Shown piece by piece: positions 1 through 9,184 of a DNA stretch of 64,000 nt. A model generated the notes under the pieces. It was not told the origin of the DNA. It was given only the letters and a program-made list of their open reading frames with translations, and ran no database searches. Position 1 is the stretch's first letter; each line of letters opens with the position of its first letter. The position numbers were made by a program, and so were the translations under genes. The stretch lies in IMG/VR virus record IMGVR_UViG_3300031707_000001, positions 146,733 to 210,732 of that record; one strand, written 5' to 3'.

Positions 1-645
1 GGGTCGCTGATAACCGGTGACGTGATCATCGAAGGCCAAGATGGCATTGAGATAACCAGTTACATTAGTGGTGGCAGTAATACGTTGAAGTTTGAAGTAA
101 CAGGGCAGGCACCAGCCAAAGAAGCATGTGCTCCAAGTCAATGTCCGTTTATCAAGGAAATCTGCTTCGAACGGGCGGACGATAGTGAATTCATGATTGC
201 TCAGCAGAGTACCAATACGGTCAATCTCAATGCGTTTGGGTTTACGTTGGACGATATCTGTGCTGCACAGAAGGCACAGGTATTGCCCGATGAAGATGGC
301 AATCTGCCGGCAGCGCCCAAAGCTGGGGATGATCCTTGTGGTACGATACCTACGCCGCCGGTACCGCCTACGCCTGTTGTGACGGCGCCGATTTGTTTCA
401 CCTTGGAGGGTTTGGGTGGAAACATCTTCATCATGACACCGTCAGCCCCTGGCGCTCGTAATCCGGTGGGCGTGAAGGAAGTAGATCAAAGTGGAAGTCA
501 GTCGCTGGTACGTATCATTCAGGACAAGCCAATAGCTGGGTACCAGGAAATTACTGAACTGACCAATCAGGTAGCTACACCGCCTTATCTGGCGGGTGGG
601 CTTGTTGTCTATTTCAAGGGCCTCAGAACCCAGAAGAGGAATTAA
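1..645 (+). CDS. Tail/baseplate-associated protein, 5'-truncated
   Basis: Frame is open from base 1 (GSLITGDVIIEG...). The GDVIIEGQDGIEI motif resembles GDFILGGGPGVEV in the next gene; Cys/Pro-rich. Confidence 0.5.
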   Translation, partial: GSLITGDVIIEGQDGIEITSYISGGSNTLKFEVTGQAPAKEACAPSQCPFIKEICFERADDSEFMIAQQSTNTVNLNAFGFTLDDICAAQKAQVLPDEDGNLPAAPKAGDDPCGTIPTPPVPPTPVVTAPICFTLEGLGGNIFIMTPSAPGARNPVGVKEVDQSGSQSLVRIIQDKPIAGYQEITELTNQVATPPYLAGGLVVYFKGLRTQKRN

Positions 646-646
646 C

Positions 647-1423
647 ATGCCACGTCAAGTTGAATGGTTGAATGCAAATGCCTACCGACGTTATCCGTTC
701 GTCGAAGATCAGCAACTGGTATCTGGAAGCTTGACCATGGACGATTCCGTGATCCTGGACTTCAGTGGTGTCAGTTATCTTCAAGATCCTCGCCCAGTGG
801 CCCTGCAGAGCGTTATGATTATACCAGGTACTCCCAAACAGGGCGTCTTCACTTTCATGTATGTAGGTGGTCCCGCCGTGTACAATCCATTCAGTTTTAT
901 TGTACCGGAGAATGCGGCTGTGCCTTACCAGGCTGTCTTGCACACCGTTGAGGCACATTATTTGGTTTGTGTTTTTGGGGAGGGACTACAGTCTTTTCTT
1001 CAGAATGCTCCAGGAACGTACGTATTTGCCGGACTCCCACAGATCGAGCCGGCGTTGGTTTCCTTTCAACCTAATCACCGGGTAACGAATATAGTAGGAA
1101 CCGGAGCGGGAAGTATAGACCTCGGTAACGGCATGATCCTTCTTGAAGAAGGACATAACTGTCAGATAGACCTCAACTGGTATTTGAATGCCATTAGTAT
1201 TTCAGCTATACGTGGAGCTGGCGCAGGGATTGATTGCGCTCCAGTTACAACTGGTGTATTATTGTGCGAGGATGTTCTCTTGCGCATTAACGGAATGCAC
1301 GGGAACGATCAAGGGGATTTTATCTTAGGCGGGGGCCCTGGTGTGGAAGTAATTGGCGTGCCAGACGAGCATAAGGTCATCATTAGGGCCAAGACGTTTG
1401 ACGAACGCCAGTGTGGAGATTAG
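647..1423 (+). CDS. Putative tail/baseplate protein
   Basis: AGAGGA RBS then ATG at 647 (MPRQVEWLNANAYRRYPF); C-terminal LRINGMHGNDQGDFIL motif typical of fibre-associated proteins. Confidence 0.5.
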   Translation: MPRQVEWLNANAYRRYPFVEDQQLVSGSLTMDDSVILDFSGVSYLQDPRPVALQSVMIIPGTPKQGVFTFMYVGGPAVYNPFSFIVPENAAVPYQAVLHTVEAHYLVCVFGEGLQSFLQNAPGTYVFAGLPQIEPALVSFQPNHRVTNIVGTGAGSIDLGNGMILLEEGHNCQIDLNWYLNAISISAIRGAGAGIDCAPVTTGVLLCEDVLLRINGMHGNDQGDFILGGGPGVEVIGVPDEHKVIIRAKTFDERQCGD

Positions 1424-1424
1424 C

Positions 1425-2570
1425 ATGCGTTCAGCCTTTCATTTCAGCAGCGAATGTACAGTTATGGCAGTAAGCGTGGATATCTATAACTTCACGCCCA
1501 GCGGACTGCCTTTCTGTAGCATTCCCCCGTTTACAACACCCACAATGATTCCACGGGAACCACAGATCATACTGCCACCCGTTGTTCCTCCCGATTTGTG
1601 TCACTGTATTACGTTTCTTTCGGCCGATACTACCATTCGTGTTGGAGGAGACATATCAACGCCTGCCTTCAATGTAGACATTCGTCGGTGTACTGAAGAC
1701 TGCTGCAATCAGCAATTCAGCGTGCGTGGGACTTTGGATATTCCTTGTATGCCATTCAACGTGCAGTTGGACAAGACAATCCACGTAGGCAGTATGCCTG
1801 CTGTAAATTTTACTGGGGGTATGGTTGCCGGAACAGCTGGCGAATGCAGACTTAGCTTGAACCTAGACATTCAGATTCCCGGTGTAACCCCTGTCAATCT
1901 AGAAATGACGATTGGTGAGGTAATTATTAGTGTGGGTACTATTCCTTCGTTGGGGTTGGATTTTACCCAGCCGGCGCCCAACGTATGGGAGTTAGATGCT
2001 CATATTCGGTTTCCGTTAGGAGGGTCGACGCCACCCATACCTGTTTCCATTTGCAACTTGTTCACGGCAACAGCTATGGTAAGCGTACACGGATCAGGAA
2101 TTTTCCAGGCCGATTTGTACTTCGGAGCATCGTGTACTTTGTACGGATCGTTCTATGTAAGCTTTCCACATTTTAGCGGTGGCAGTGGAAATTTCAGTTG
2201 TGGTTTGTTGGAGGCTGGTTATGACATAGCCATTTATCCTACTGCTGGTCGATGCCTGATCCAACATACAATCCCAGATTGGCAAACGCATGCTCGTACC
2301 TACAATGCAATAAACAATTTGACGGGTGGCGATGGGGGGACACTTTTTGGTATCTGGAGAGAGTTACACTTTGTGCAGGATACGCCGTTTCGTGGACATT
2401 ACACTATAGATATATCAACCTATGGAACGCATAAGTGGGGCGATGAATATGGCTTTGGCAATATTTTTGTGCTTCCGAGAGGTGGATTGCCTCGACAAGT
2501 TCTTCAAAGAGTGAATAACTTTTGGGAAGGTGATCATTTTACCTGGGATTGGGTGCGTGTCCACGATTAG
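1425..2570 (+). CDS. Hypothetical Cys-rich structural (tail) protein
   Basis: Coupled to the previous gene; repeated beta-strand units ending L-D/N-I-x-I-P. Confidence 0.45.
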   Translation: MRSAFHFSSECTVMAVSVDIYNFTPSGLPFCSIPPFTTPTMIPREPQIILPPVVPPDLCHCITFLSADTTIRVGGDISTPAFNVDIRRCTEDCCNQQFSVRGTLDIPCMPFNVQLDKTIHVGSMPAVNFTGGMVAGTAGECRLSLNLDIQIPGVTPVNLEMTIGEVIISVGTIPSLGLDFTQPAPNVWELDAHIRFPLGGSTPPIPVSICNLFTATAMVSVHGSGIFQADLYFGASCTLYGSFYVSFPHFSGGSGNFSCGLLEAGYDIAIYPTAGRCLIQHTIPDWQTHARTYNAINNLTGGDGGTLFGIWRELHFVQDTPFRGHYTIDISTYGTHKWGDEYGFGNIFVLPRGGLPRQVLQRVNNFWEGDHFTWDWVRVHD

Positions 2571-2584
2571 CATGGAGACCAATT

Positions 2585-3685
2585 ATGCCTGCTCCTCTTA
2601 ATCCTTTTACCCCGATAACGGACGGAACAGATTTGCAAGACAAAAAGATAATCAATGAGATTATCCTTGCTTTGTATGAACGTCGTAAAGCCTATGACGA
2701 GTATCCGCCTCCTCCAGCTCCAGACTCTATTCCGTCCGGTTATAAATCGGCAGCGTACTATCGTGAGGCCGGGGATTCGCTTCAATCTCAAGGCCTGTGG
2801 TGGGAGTTACAAGTTTATCTGTCTGGGCGTATTGGATATTTCATCGACGATCTCCAACCTATAGCACCAGGAAATACAAGTTTCAAGTATCTGGATTTCA
2901 AAACTTTATGTGATCCTTCTCACGCTAATATATGCGATCCTGCCAATCCCACAACACGTTATGGTTTCAGGAGAGTTCCTTATGGAAACGCTTGGCCTAC
3001 CGATTGGACCGATTATGGTGATGCACAATATAAGTATTGGAGCGAACCCCCGGGTACGGGAGGCAATGTTCAAACTGACGACATACTCGGTCCTTGGTTG
3101 TTTGTTGATCTTCAAAGGGCATTAAGCGCAATGAAGTGGACAGCATTTGCCGGTGATTGGAATAGCAATGAACCTCTTAGCTGGTGGATACAAACATCAG
3201 CATCGAGTTCTCCGATTTGTTCTACTGCACTCACAAATCACGATAATTCTTGGTCTGATCCATCATCTAAGGATATTCCGGGTTATCATTATGAGGTAGT
3301 AGCAAAAGGAACTAAGGTTAGTGGATCATATGCGTTTTATTCAGTACGCTACGCTTTTGGTCGCCCCTGGCTATACCAACCTCCAACTTTTCGTAAAAGT
3401 GCATACAGTTTGTATGTGATTCCTGAACCTGTTCAATTCTTTGATACTTTCAAAGATATAGATAGTTGGACTCCGCCACTTGTTCAGGGACAAATATACA
3501 AACTTGAAGACAACCCTGTGGTGTCTGATGCTGCACCCAGAAACAGCCCAAATACTTTTGGAAATTACAACGGCGCACCGGTAGAAGCTGCTGGGCTGGG
3601 TTGTAGTCCGGATGTTTTAGGTCAATATAGTGTAGCATTCAGCGATACGTATTGGATTTTGAAATGGGAATTTGCTAATGCATAA
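2585..3685 (+). CDS. Hypothetical protein, possible tail tip/receptor-binding
   Basis: GGAG RBS then ATG at 2585; aromatic- and Pro-rich; tail-gene context. Confidence 0.4.
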   Translation: MPAPLNPFTPITDGTDLQDKKIINEIILALYERRKAYDEYPPPPAPDSIPSGYKSAAYYREAGDSLQSQGLWWELQVYLSGRIGYFIDDLQPIAPGNTSFKYLDFKTLCDPSHANICDPANPTTRYGFRRVPYGNAWPTDWTDYGDAQYKYWSEPPGTGGNVQTDDILGPWLFVDLQRALSAMKWTAFAGDWNSNEPLSWWIQTSASSSPICSTALTNHDNSWSDPSSKDIPGYHYEVVAKGTKVSGSYAFYSVRYAFGRPWLYQPPTFRKSAYSLYVIPEPVQFFDTFKDIDSWTPPLVQGQIYKLEDNPVVSDAAPRNSPNTFGNYNGAPVEAAGLGCSPDVLGQYSVAFSDTYWILKWEFANA

Positions 3686-3697
3686 AGGAGAAATAAA

Positions 3698-4099
3698 ATG
3701 TCAGTAAGCATCACAGTAAAGTATTATCGAAGCGAGCCAACACCGTTGCTTCAAAGTTACGACCTCAAAGCCGTAGTTGAAGCAGCAACAGATATGCCCA
3801 AGGAAATCTTCGTCTTCCAGCGGGGCGTGGCACCGGCAACCCCTGACGGTGTACAGCCGCCGGGCGATCGTTTTGTCTGCATCGCTGACCCGGTGGACCT
3901 GGAAGAGTTTCCTCCGAATGCTCCGGCGCTTGATGTGGAGATGCCGTACTACCGCCTCAAGGAAGTCACGGTGCGCTTTCGCAGCCTCACGGAATTGGAG
4001 TACACTCGGGAGCTCATGGACGAGGATATTCGCCGCCTGGTGAATGCACTGAAAGCGACAGAGACACTGCCCGTGACGGAAGAAATCGTGTATGACTAG
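3698..4099 (+). CDS. Hypothetical phage protein
   Basis: AAGGAG RBS; 133-aa ORF. Confidence 0.7.
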   Translation: MSVSITVKYYRSEPTPLLQSYDLKAVVEAATDMPKEIFVFQRGVAPATPDGVQPPGDRFVCIADPVDLEEFPPNAPALDVEMPYYRLKEVTVRFRSLTELEYTRELMDEDIRRLVNALKATETLPVTEEIVYD

Positions 4100-4400
4100 A
4101 CCTGTTATTCTTTCAGAAACGATGGTGCTGAAGGCATTGGCTGATCCAAAGTTTATAGCCCAAGCACCAGAATTTTCGGGTCTCCAGAGCAGGGCTAAAA
4201 GCCTGCCGCCCAAGCCATCAGGCTGTAGGCACTGTTACCAGGTTCGAGCTGTTACATCTTTACTGCGGGACTTCATCTATATGGCTATGGCGCTATCAGA
4301 GGAACCACGAGCACGAATGAAGAAGTACTTTGGGATCGAAGCCCTTATGTTAAATACGCACAATCCGAAAACCAATCAAGTCGAGGTAAAGATCATATGA
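4092..4400 (+). CDS. Hypothetical protein with CxxC
   Basis: Overlap-coupled ORF; GCRHC motif. Confidence 0.65.
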   Translation: MTRPVILSETMVLKALADPKFIAQAPEFSGLQSRAKSLPPKPSGCRHCYQVRAVTSLLRDFIYMAMALSEEPRARMKKYFGIEALMLNTHNPKTNQVEVKII

Positions 4401-5032
4401 CACCCGAAATAAGTGCGAAGACTATAGTCGAAAATGCTGTGGCCGGCTGGCAACTTCCGTCAGGACTTATATACGGAAGAGGTTTTGCAGATTGGAAGCC
4501 GGGCGCTTTACAACATAGCATTGAACTCATTTCTTTCGTGGAAGATCTTGTGGGTATGCAACAACATGGGATTGCATTGGAGATTGGCTTGGACAAAGGT
4601 GGTACTCACCTTGTGTGGAAACACCTCTATGCCAAAGTCATTTCCATAGACATCAATCTTAGCAATTCTGTAATGTTTGCATCGGGCCTTGTGCATAAAC
4701 CTGAAGCAAGCAAGATCATTGTATCAAACTCACAACTTCCTTTGACGACTATACTTGTTGCTCAGGAGTTGAAAGGTGCGTTGGTGGATATGTTATTCAT
4801 CGACGGGGACTACAACTACAATGCCGTTGAATCCGACTATCTCAACTACGAACCTTACGTGCGATCTGGAGGTATAGTTGCTTTCCACAATACAATTGGG
4901 CAGCAAGGTGTTAAGCAGTTTGTTCAAGAGTTGACGGCGGGCACGCATCCTGTAATCAAGCGTAAGTTTGCGTTTAAGGCATTTGTAGGCCCAGACAGAC
5001 CACAAGGTATTGCCTATTATGTCAAGTCCTAG
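4397..5032 (+). CDS. Class I SAM-dependent methyltransferase (Methyltransf_24-like)
   Basis: LEIGLDKGGT, ISIDI, DMLFIDGDYNY and GGIVAFHN motifs. Confidence 0.85.
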   Translation: MTPEISAKTIVENAVAGWQLPSGLIYGRGFADWKPGALQHSIELISFVEDLVGMQQHGIALEIGLDKGGTHLVWKHLYAKVISIDINLSNSVMFASGLVHKPEASKIIVSNSQLPLTTILVAQELKGALVDMLFIDGDYNYNAVESDYLNYEPYVRSGGIVAFHNTIGQQGVKQFVQELTAGTHPVIKRKFAFKAFVGPDRPQGIAYYVKS

Positions 5033-5056
5033 TATAAAAAATATTTTCGAAATATG

Positions 5057-5085
5057 TTGACACTGGGATTCAGTCATGATACATT
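5057..5085 (+). promoter_or_regulatory. Sigma70-type promoter
   Basis: TTGACA-17 bp-TACATT with extended -10 TG. Confidence 0.65.
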
Positions 5086-5091
5086 TGTCTC

Positions 5092-5208
5092 AGAATGAAG
5101 GTAGTAGAAGGTAACCTACGACTTTTCTACACCAGCCTTTGCCCGAGGCTTGATTGTCCTTCCTTCACCGTGGGGGTCCAGTCTAACGATTGGGCCCCCA
5201 CTCCTTTT
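5092..5208 (+). ncRNA. Candidate structured small RNA or attenuator leader ending in an intrinsic terminator
   Basis: TGAAGG/CCTTCA closing stem, two internal hairpins, then GTGGGGGTCCAGTC-TAAC-GATTGGGCCCCCAC followed by TCCTTTT. Confidence 0.5.
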
Positions 5209-5280
5209 GGCTTAATATCTCTCGTATTCCAGCTATAACTATTGAAGCAGAAAGTAGCCATTAACCAAAAGGAGGTTCAA

Positions 5281-5955
5281 ATGAGAACCCTAATTATACT
5301 GGCAGTGTTGATGTTCTCGAATGTTGTGTTTGCCCAAACCAAAGCGCATAAGCCTATGCCCAATAGGAACGTGCCAACAGCACCGGCGGTAGCTGATCCG
5401 CCTATTGCTGTAACAACACAAACGCAGTCGCCCGAGCCGGACGCACTGGTCGAGTTGCGACAACAGCATCAAAAGAAAATTGACGCTGTTGTTCGTCCAC
5501 TGGCACAAAAATACGTGAAGGATCTTCAAAGCCTTCAAGAGACGTTTACCAAAGCCAACATGTTGCAGGAAGCGCTGGCTGTTCAGGCGGAGGTCAAATC
5601 GGCGCAAGATGAGCTTAACGTCGATAAACCTGTATTGGGTAGCATAGGCAAACATACGCTGAAAGTTCGGTTGACCGTCGACGGTACGGACAAGTTGATC
5701 CTGTCCAGATCCAGTCTGACGTATCAACATTTTGAATCCGCACCCGCCACAGGTGCTACGGTAAACGGGAAAGCATGGAGTCTGTCTAGCGCCTATGACA
5801 TTAGACCAAACATCCCCAGTACGAGAAGTATGACGGCGAAGAAGATTGCCGGGCGAGGCAGAGTAAACATTGTCGAAACCAAAGATGGCGTCGTTGCCAC
5901 GATTGAAGATCCAATACCCTATACCGATGTTTACGAAGTTGAGTTTACCTGGTAA
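5281..5955 (+). CDS. Secreted protein (moron-like)
   Basis: AGGAGG RBS; signal peptide MRTLIILAVLMFSNVVFA; coiled-coil segment then beta domain. Confidence 0.7.
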   Translation: MRTLIILAVLMFSNVVFAQTKAHKPMPNRNVPTAPAVADPPIAVTTQTQSPEPDALVELRQQHQKKIDAVVRPLAQKYVKDLQSLQETFTKANMLQEALAVQAEVKSAQDELNVDKPVLGSIGKHTLKVRLTVDGTDKLILSRSSLTYQHFESAPATGATVNGKAWSLSSAYDIRPNIPSTRSMTAKKIAGRGRVNIVETKDGVVATIEDPIPYTDVYEVEFTW

Positions 5956-5980
5956 TTACTGATAAGTTCGTGTCCTTGGG

Positions 5981-6007
5981 AAAAGAAGGCCACAGGGCCT
6001 TCTTTTT
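5981..6007. terminator. Bidirectional intrinsic terminator
   Basis: AAAAGAAGGCC-ACAG-GGCCTTCTTTT. Confidence 0.8.
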
Positions 6008-6012
6008 AACTA

Positions 6013-6041
6013 TTGCATCCAACACATTGTTCTGTTACATT
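6013..6041 (+). promoter_or_regulatory. Sigma70-type promoter
   Basis: TTGCAT-17 bp-TACATT with extended TG; same -10 as the promoter at 5057. Confidence 0.55.
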
Positions 6042-6062
6042 GATGGCAACCATGGAGTAGCT

Positions 6063-6530
6063 ATGTACTATATCAAGCCGCAGCCTATGGGCGTGACGCC
6101 ACCGGTAGCTGAGGACGGCATTCCGCTTTGGAAGGCTGTTAGCGGCGATAAACTTGTGCTTCGAAGTCCTATTACGCTTTTGAACGGGACCCCCGTCAAT
6201 CCTGGCAATTCCGTTCTGACGTTCGTTCTAACAGAAAATAGATTCGATCAGTTGGCTCTTTGGACGGGCGTTTGGCGTGACGGGATTGCAGAAGTGGATC
6301 CTGTCAATCATCCTGGCCTCGTTGAAGTTAGCATACCTCAGGACTTGGCCAACCGTCTGCGCCGGGGCATATACAACTTTTCTTTGACTGTAACCGGACG
6401 CTTGGGACAAGATCCGGCCGTGACGCTGAAAGGCTCTTTGTTGATGGAGTACGAACCTTCGTCACCTGAGCACAACATACCCTACAAACACCAGGAATCG
6501 GATCACTACAACTATGAAGATTACCCCTAA
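6063..6530 (+). CDS. Hypothetical beta-sandwich (possibly structural) protein
   Basis: GGAG RBS then ATG at 6063. Confidence 0.6.
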   Translation: MYYIKPQPMGVTPPVAEDGIPLWKAVSGDKLVLRSPITLLNGTPVNPGNSVLTFVLTENRFDQLALWTGVWRDGIAEVDPVNHPGLVEVSIPQDLANRLRRGIYNFSLTVTGRLGQDPAVTLKGSLLMEYEPSSPEHNIPYKHQESDHYNYEDYP

Positions 6531-6963
6531 CGAATTGTACGGTCTGGCCAGTTTGATTAAGGTAGCTCAAGAGAAACCTCCTGAGAAAAAGCGTAAGGAG
6601 CCCGAATATTCGGCGGCTTATCCTTCATATAGCAAATCGTTGGTAAGTCAGTTGCATGAAAACCCCACGGGTGCGGGACTTCGGCGGGGACTTACGGCAG
6701 GTACACTTGGTGCAATCCTAGGGGCGTTGGCGACTCGTATCGCAACAGATCGTCCCGAGTTGATAGCTGCAGGGGGTTTGGGTGGCGGGCTGTTAGGGGC
6801 CATTCCCGGATATCAATCTGGCAAGCAAGAAGCACAAAGCGAGAACTCTCGTCGTTTATTTCTACGTCGGCTTGGTATTTCCCGACCCGGGGAATTGGAA
6901 GCTTTGATCCGCAAGTATCCTGAAGCGGAAAAAATGGTTCTTCAGGAAGGAGCAAACATCTAA
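6514..6963 (+). CDS. Gly-zipper-rich putative virion/membrane protein
   Basis: GxxxG-rich hydrophobic segments; N-terminal LIKVA motif. Confidence 0.55.
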   Translation: MKITPNELYGLASLIKVAQEKPPEKKRKEPEYSAAYPSYSKSLVSQLHENPTGAGLRRGLTAGTLGAILGALATRIATDRPELIAAGGLGGGLLGAIPGYQSGKQEAQSENSRRLFLRRLGISRPGELEALIRKYPEAEKMVLQEGANI

Positions 6964-7583
6964 TGCCTATGGATCCAGCTACAATTGGTAAGGTGTTGAA
7001 AGTACTTGGTGGTGCGACTGCCGGTGGCGCCCTTGGCTATTACGCCAACCCTGAGTTGTTTGGCTATCAGGAGGTACCGGCAGCTCGTCGTACATCCATG
7101 ACGCTTAATGCTGTTTTGGGTGGTTTACTTGCAGGTATGGGCAAGGGTGGCATAAAGTCAGTATGGAAGGGCCCTGTAGGGGAGACTTCAGGCAAATCCC
7201 TATCCAGACATCTGGCTATGCTAACAGCCCCAGCAATGGGCGAAACAATTCCGATCGTACAGGCCGGGTTACATCAGCAACGGGAAGCTGCTCGGGACGT
7301 GGGCAGCGCAGCCAGGGAACTAGCACAGTCGCAGGAGCAGTACAGTATACCTGGAGGCCTCAAACAGTTGCTTACCAGCAACGTTGGACGTGGAGCGGGT
7401 ATGGGAGCTGCAGGGGCGGGATTGGCTGCCATTCTTACAGGACTTAAGCGTCGGCAGACAGAAGGAGAACTGGAAGAAAGGACGCCTCGTGGACACATGG
7501 TAGGGAAGGATTTCCTAAAGTATTTGATACCTGCCGTTCTAGCCGGTGGCATTGCTGGCTCGTTCGTGCCAAAACAACAATGA
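6963..7583 (+). CDS. Gly-zipper-rich putative virion/membrane protein
   Basis: Multiple GA/GG-rich hydrophobic helices. Confidence 0.55.
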   Translation: MPMDPATIGKVLKVLGGATAGGALGYYANPELFGYQEVPAARRTSMTLNAVLGGLLAGMGKGGIKSVWKGPVGETSGKSLSRHLAMLTAPAMGETIPIVQAGLHQQREAARDVGSAARELAQSQEQYSIPGGLKQLLTSNVGRGAGMGAAGAGLAAILTGLKRRQTEGELEERTPRGHMVGKDFLKYLIPAVLAGGIAGSFVPKQQ

Positions 7584-7613
7584 AATACGAACAACATAAC
7601 GAAAGACGAATAT

Positions 7614-8498
7614 ATGAGAACGATGGCCGCAGGTCCGTTCGTCGGTGAATTCGGCTACGAACTTTTCGACTGGCAAGGTTATCTTCGTACACTTGCTTCA
7701 ACATTTGATCGTGTAATCATATCCACTCGCCCTGGCCACGAAGCACTTTACACTGATTTCTGTCAGGAATTTCGGCCTTACTTTTCGCCTACACCAGCTT
7801 GTGTAGGTCGAAAGAACTTCATAACATCTCTTCCTGAAATTGTGTCCAAAGATGTATTCGCTGACATGAAGGATCCTAGGATTATTAAACTTCCTGGTGG
7901 TCAGCAATTCAGAGACACAGCGCCCAAATACATCAGGTATGGTGTTGCTTCGCCAGAGCTGAAGTATGACGTAGTGTTACATGCACGATCTCTTAAGATT
8001 GTACCCAAAACTAAACTGGGTCTTTCGGCTACCATGAGAGCGCTTAAGGAAGCTAGAAACTGGTTACCGGAATATTGGGTTGAGTTGGTTGGTTTGTTAC
8101 CTGGATTTCGCATTTGTTCCATTGGTGCCATAGATGGTGCACTACATGTTCCCGGTACAGAAAATCTATTGGGAAAGCCTTTACGTGAACTAGTAAACGT
8201 ATTGGCGAGCAGTACGGTAACTGTAGGCCCGTCGAGCGGCGCCATGCATCTGGCAACGTTGTGTGGTTGTCCACAGGTAGTATGGTTTGACCAGGATGCA
8301 GCAGCAGGTCCTGCTAATCTAAACGCTCGGTACACCCACGATTGGAATCCTTTTGGGGCCTACGTAGAGCTTATTTCTGATTCCTGGAAACCTACACCGG
8401 TTCGTGTAGCAGATGCCATCAAACGTACTTTTGAACTTCTTTCCAAGTCTCCGGAACGTAGAGCTTCCACACCCGTTCCCGTTGGTGTTCCCGCCTAA
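7614..8498 (+). CDS. Glycosyltransferase, GT9 (heptosyltransferase)-like
   Basis: GEFG at the N-terminus, RNW, and VGPSSGAMHLATLCGCPQVV. Confidence 0.8.
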   Translation: MRTMAAGPFVGEFGYELFDWQGYLRTLASTFDRVIISTRPGHEALYTDFCQEFRPYFSPTPACVGRKNFITSLPEIVSKDVFADMKDPRIIKLPGGQQFRDTAPKYIRYGVASPELKYDVVLHARSLKIVPKTKLGLSATMRALKEARNWLPEYWVELVGLLPGFRICSIGAIDGALHVPGTENLLGKPLRELVNVLASSTVTVGPSSGAMHLATLCGCPQVVWFDQDAAAGPANLNARYTHDWNPFGAYVELISDSWKPTPVRVADAIKRTFELLSKSPERRASTPVPVGVPA

Positions 8499-9183
8499 AA
8501 GCTACAAGTTTTTCGTCTGCATTTCGTTTCAAGGCGCAGACGTCGTGTGTAGCTGGATTTTCTTCCAACCAGCCTTTTTGATGTGCCAGTACAATTGCTG
8601 GAATCCTGCTTTGCTGCATGATCCAGCCTACTTGGTCATCAATCTTGCCTGGAAGAAGTTGATGCCATTTGATTCGCAATAAGTCGGTGTGGTAACCCAT
8701 TGTGCCCGTACCCAAATGATGCACGATAACATCTTTCGATACATCGCCTGCCATATGAACTAAGAGGTACGTTGAGGGTTGCATGCCATCTTGGGGTTCA
8801 GCATAGAACAGGCCATGAAAAGCAACTACAGCCTGACGTTTGTACTTTTCGATTCCTTGGATCGTGGTCCAAACGTAATTTGGAGGATATACAATATCAT
8901 CGTCAGCAGTAATGAAATATCCGCATGTTCGGGCGGCGTAGTAAAACTTTCCTCGTGGACCCGTTTCTCTTGGCTGTCGAATGACATTGACTTTTGGATC
9001 GTCGAAAATTTTATTGTAGTAGCCTATTGGATATCCGTTGAGGCAGACATCAAAGTGATCGCATTGTGGGAGCAATGCTTCTATGGTACATTCCATTCCA
9101 ATCTCTCGTTCGGGAATGGTAGCCATGGATACGGTTATCTGTTCGTTGTCATTCAGCGGACTTACCGACGGGAATTCGTTCAT
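8419..9183 (-). CDS. GT-A/GT2-like glycosyltransferase
   Basis: MATIPERE, GKF, ADDDIVYP (DxD) and LGTGT motifs. Confidence 0.8.
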   Translation of the reverse strand: MNEFPSVSPLNDNEQITVSMATIPEREIGMECTIEALLPQCDHFDVCLNGYPIGYYNKIFDDPKVNVIRQPRETGPRGKFYYAARTCGYFITADDDIVYPPNYVWTTIQGIEKYKRQAVVAFHGLFYAEPQDGMQPSTYLLVHMAGDVSKDVIVHHLGTGTMGYHTDLLRIKWHQLLPGKIDDQVGWIMQQSRIPAIVLAHQKGWLEENPATHDVCALKRNADEKLVAFRREHQRERVWKLYVPETWKEVQKYV

Positions 9184-9184
9184 A

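Noticed and set aside
1425-3685. Diversity-generating retroelement target
   Set aside because: No reverse transcriptase and no adenine-variant repeat pair were seen in the window.
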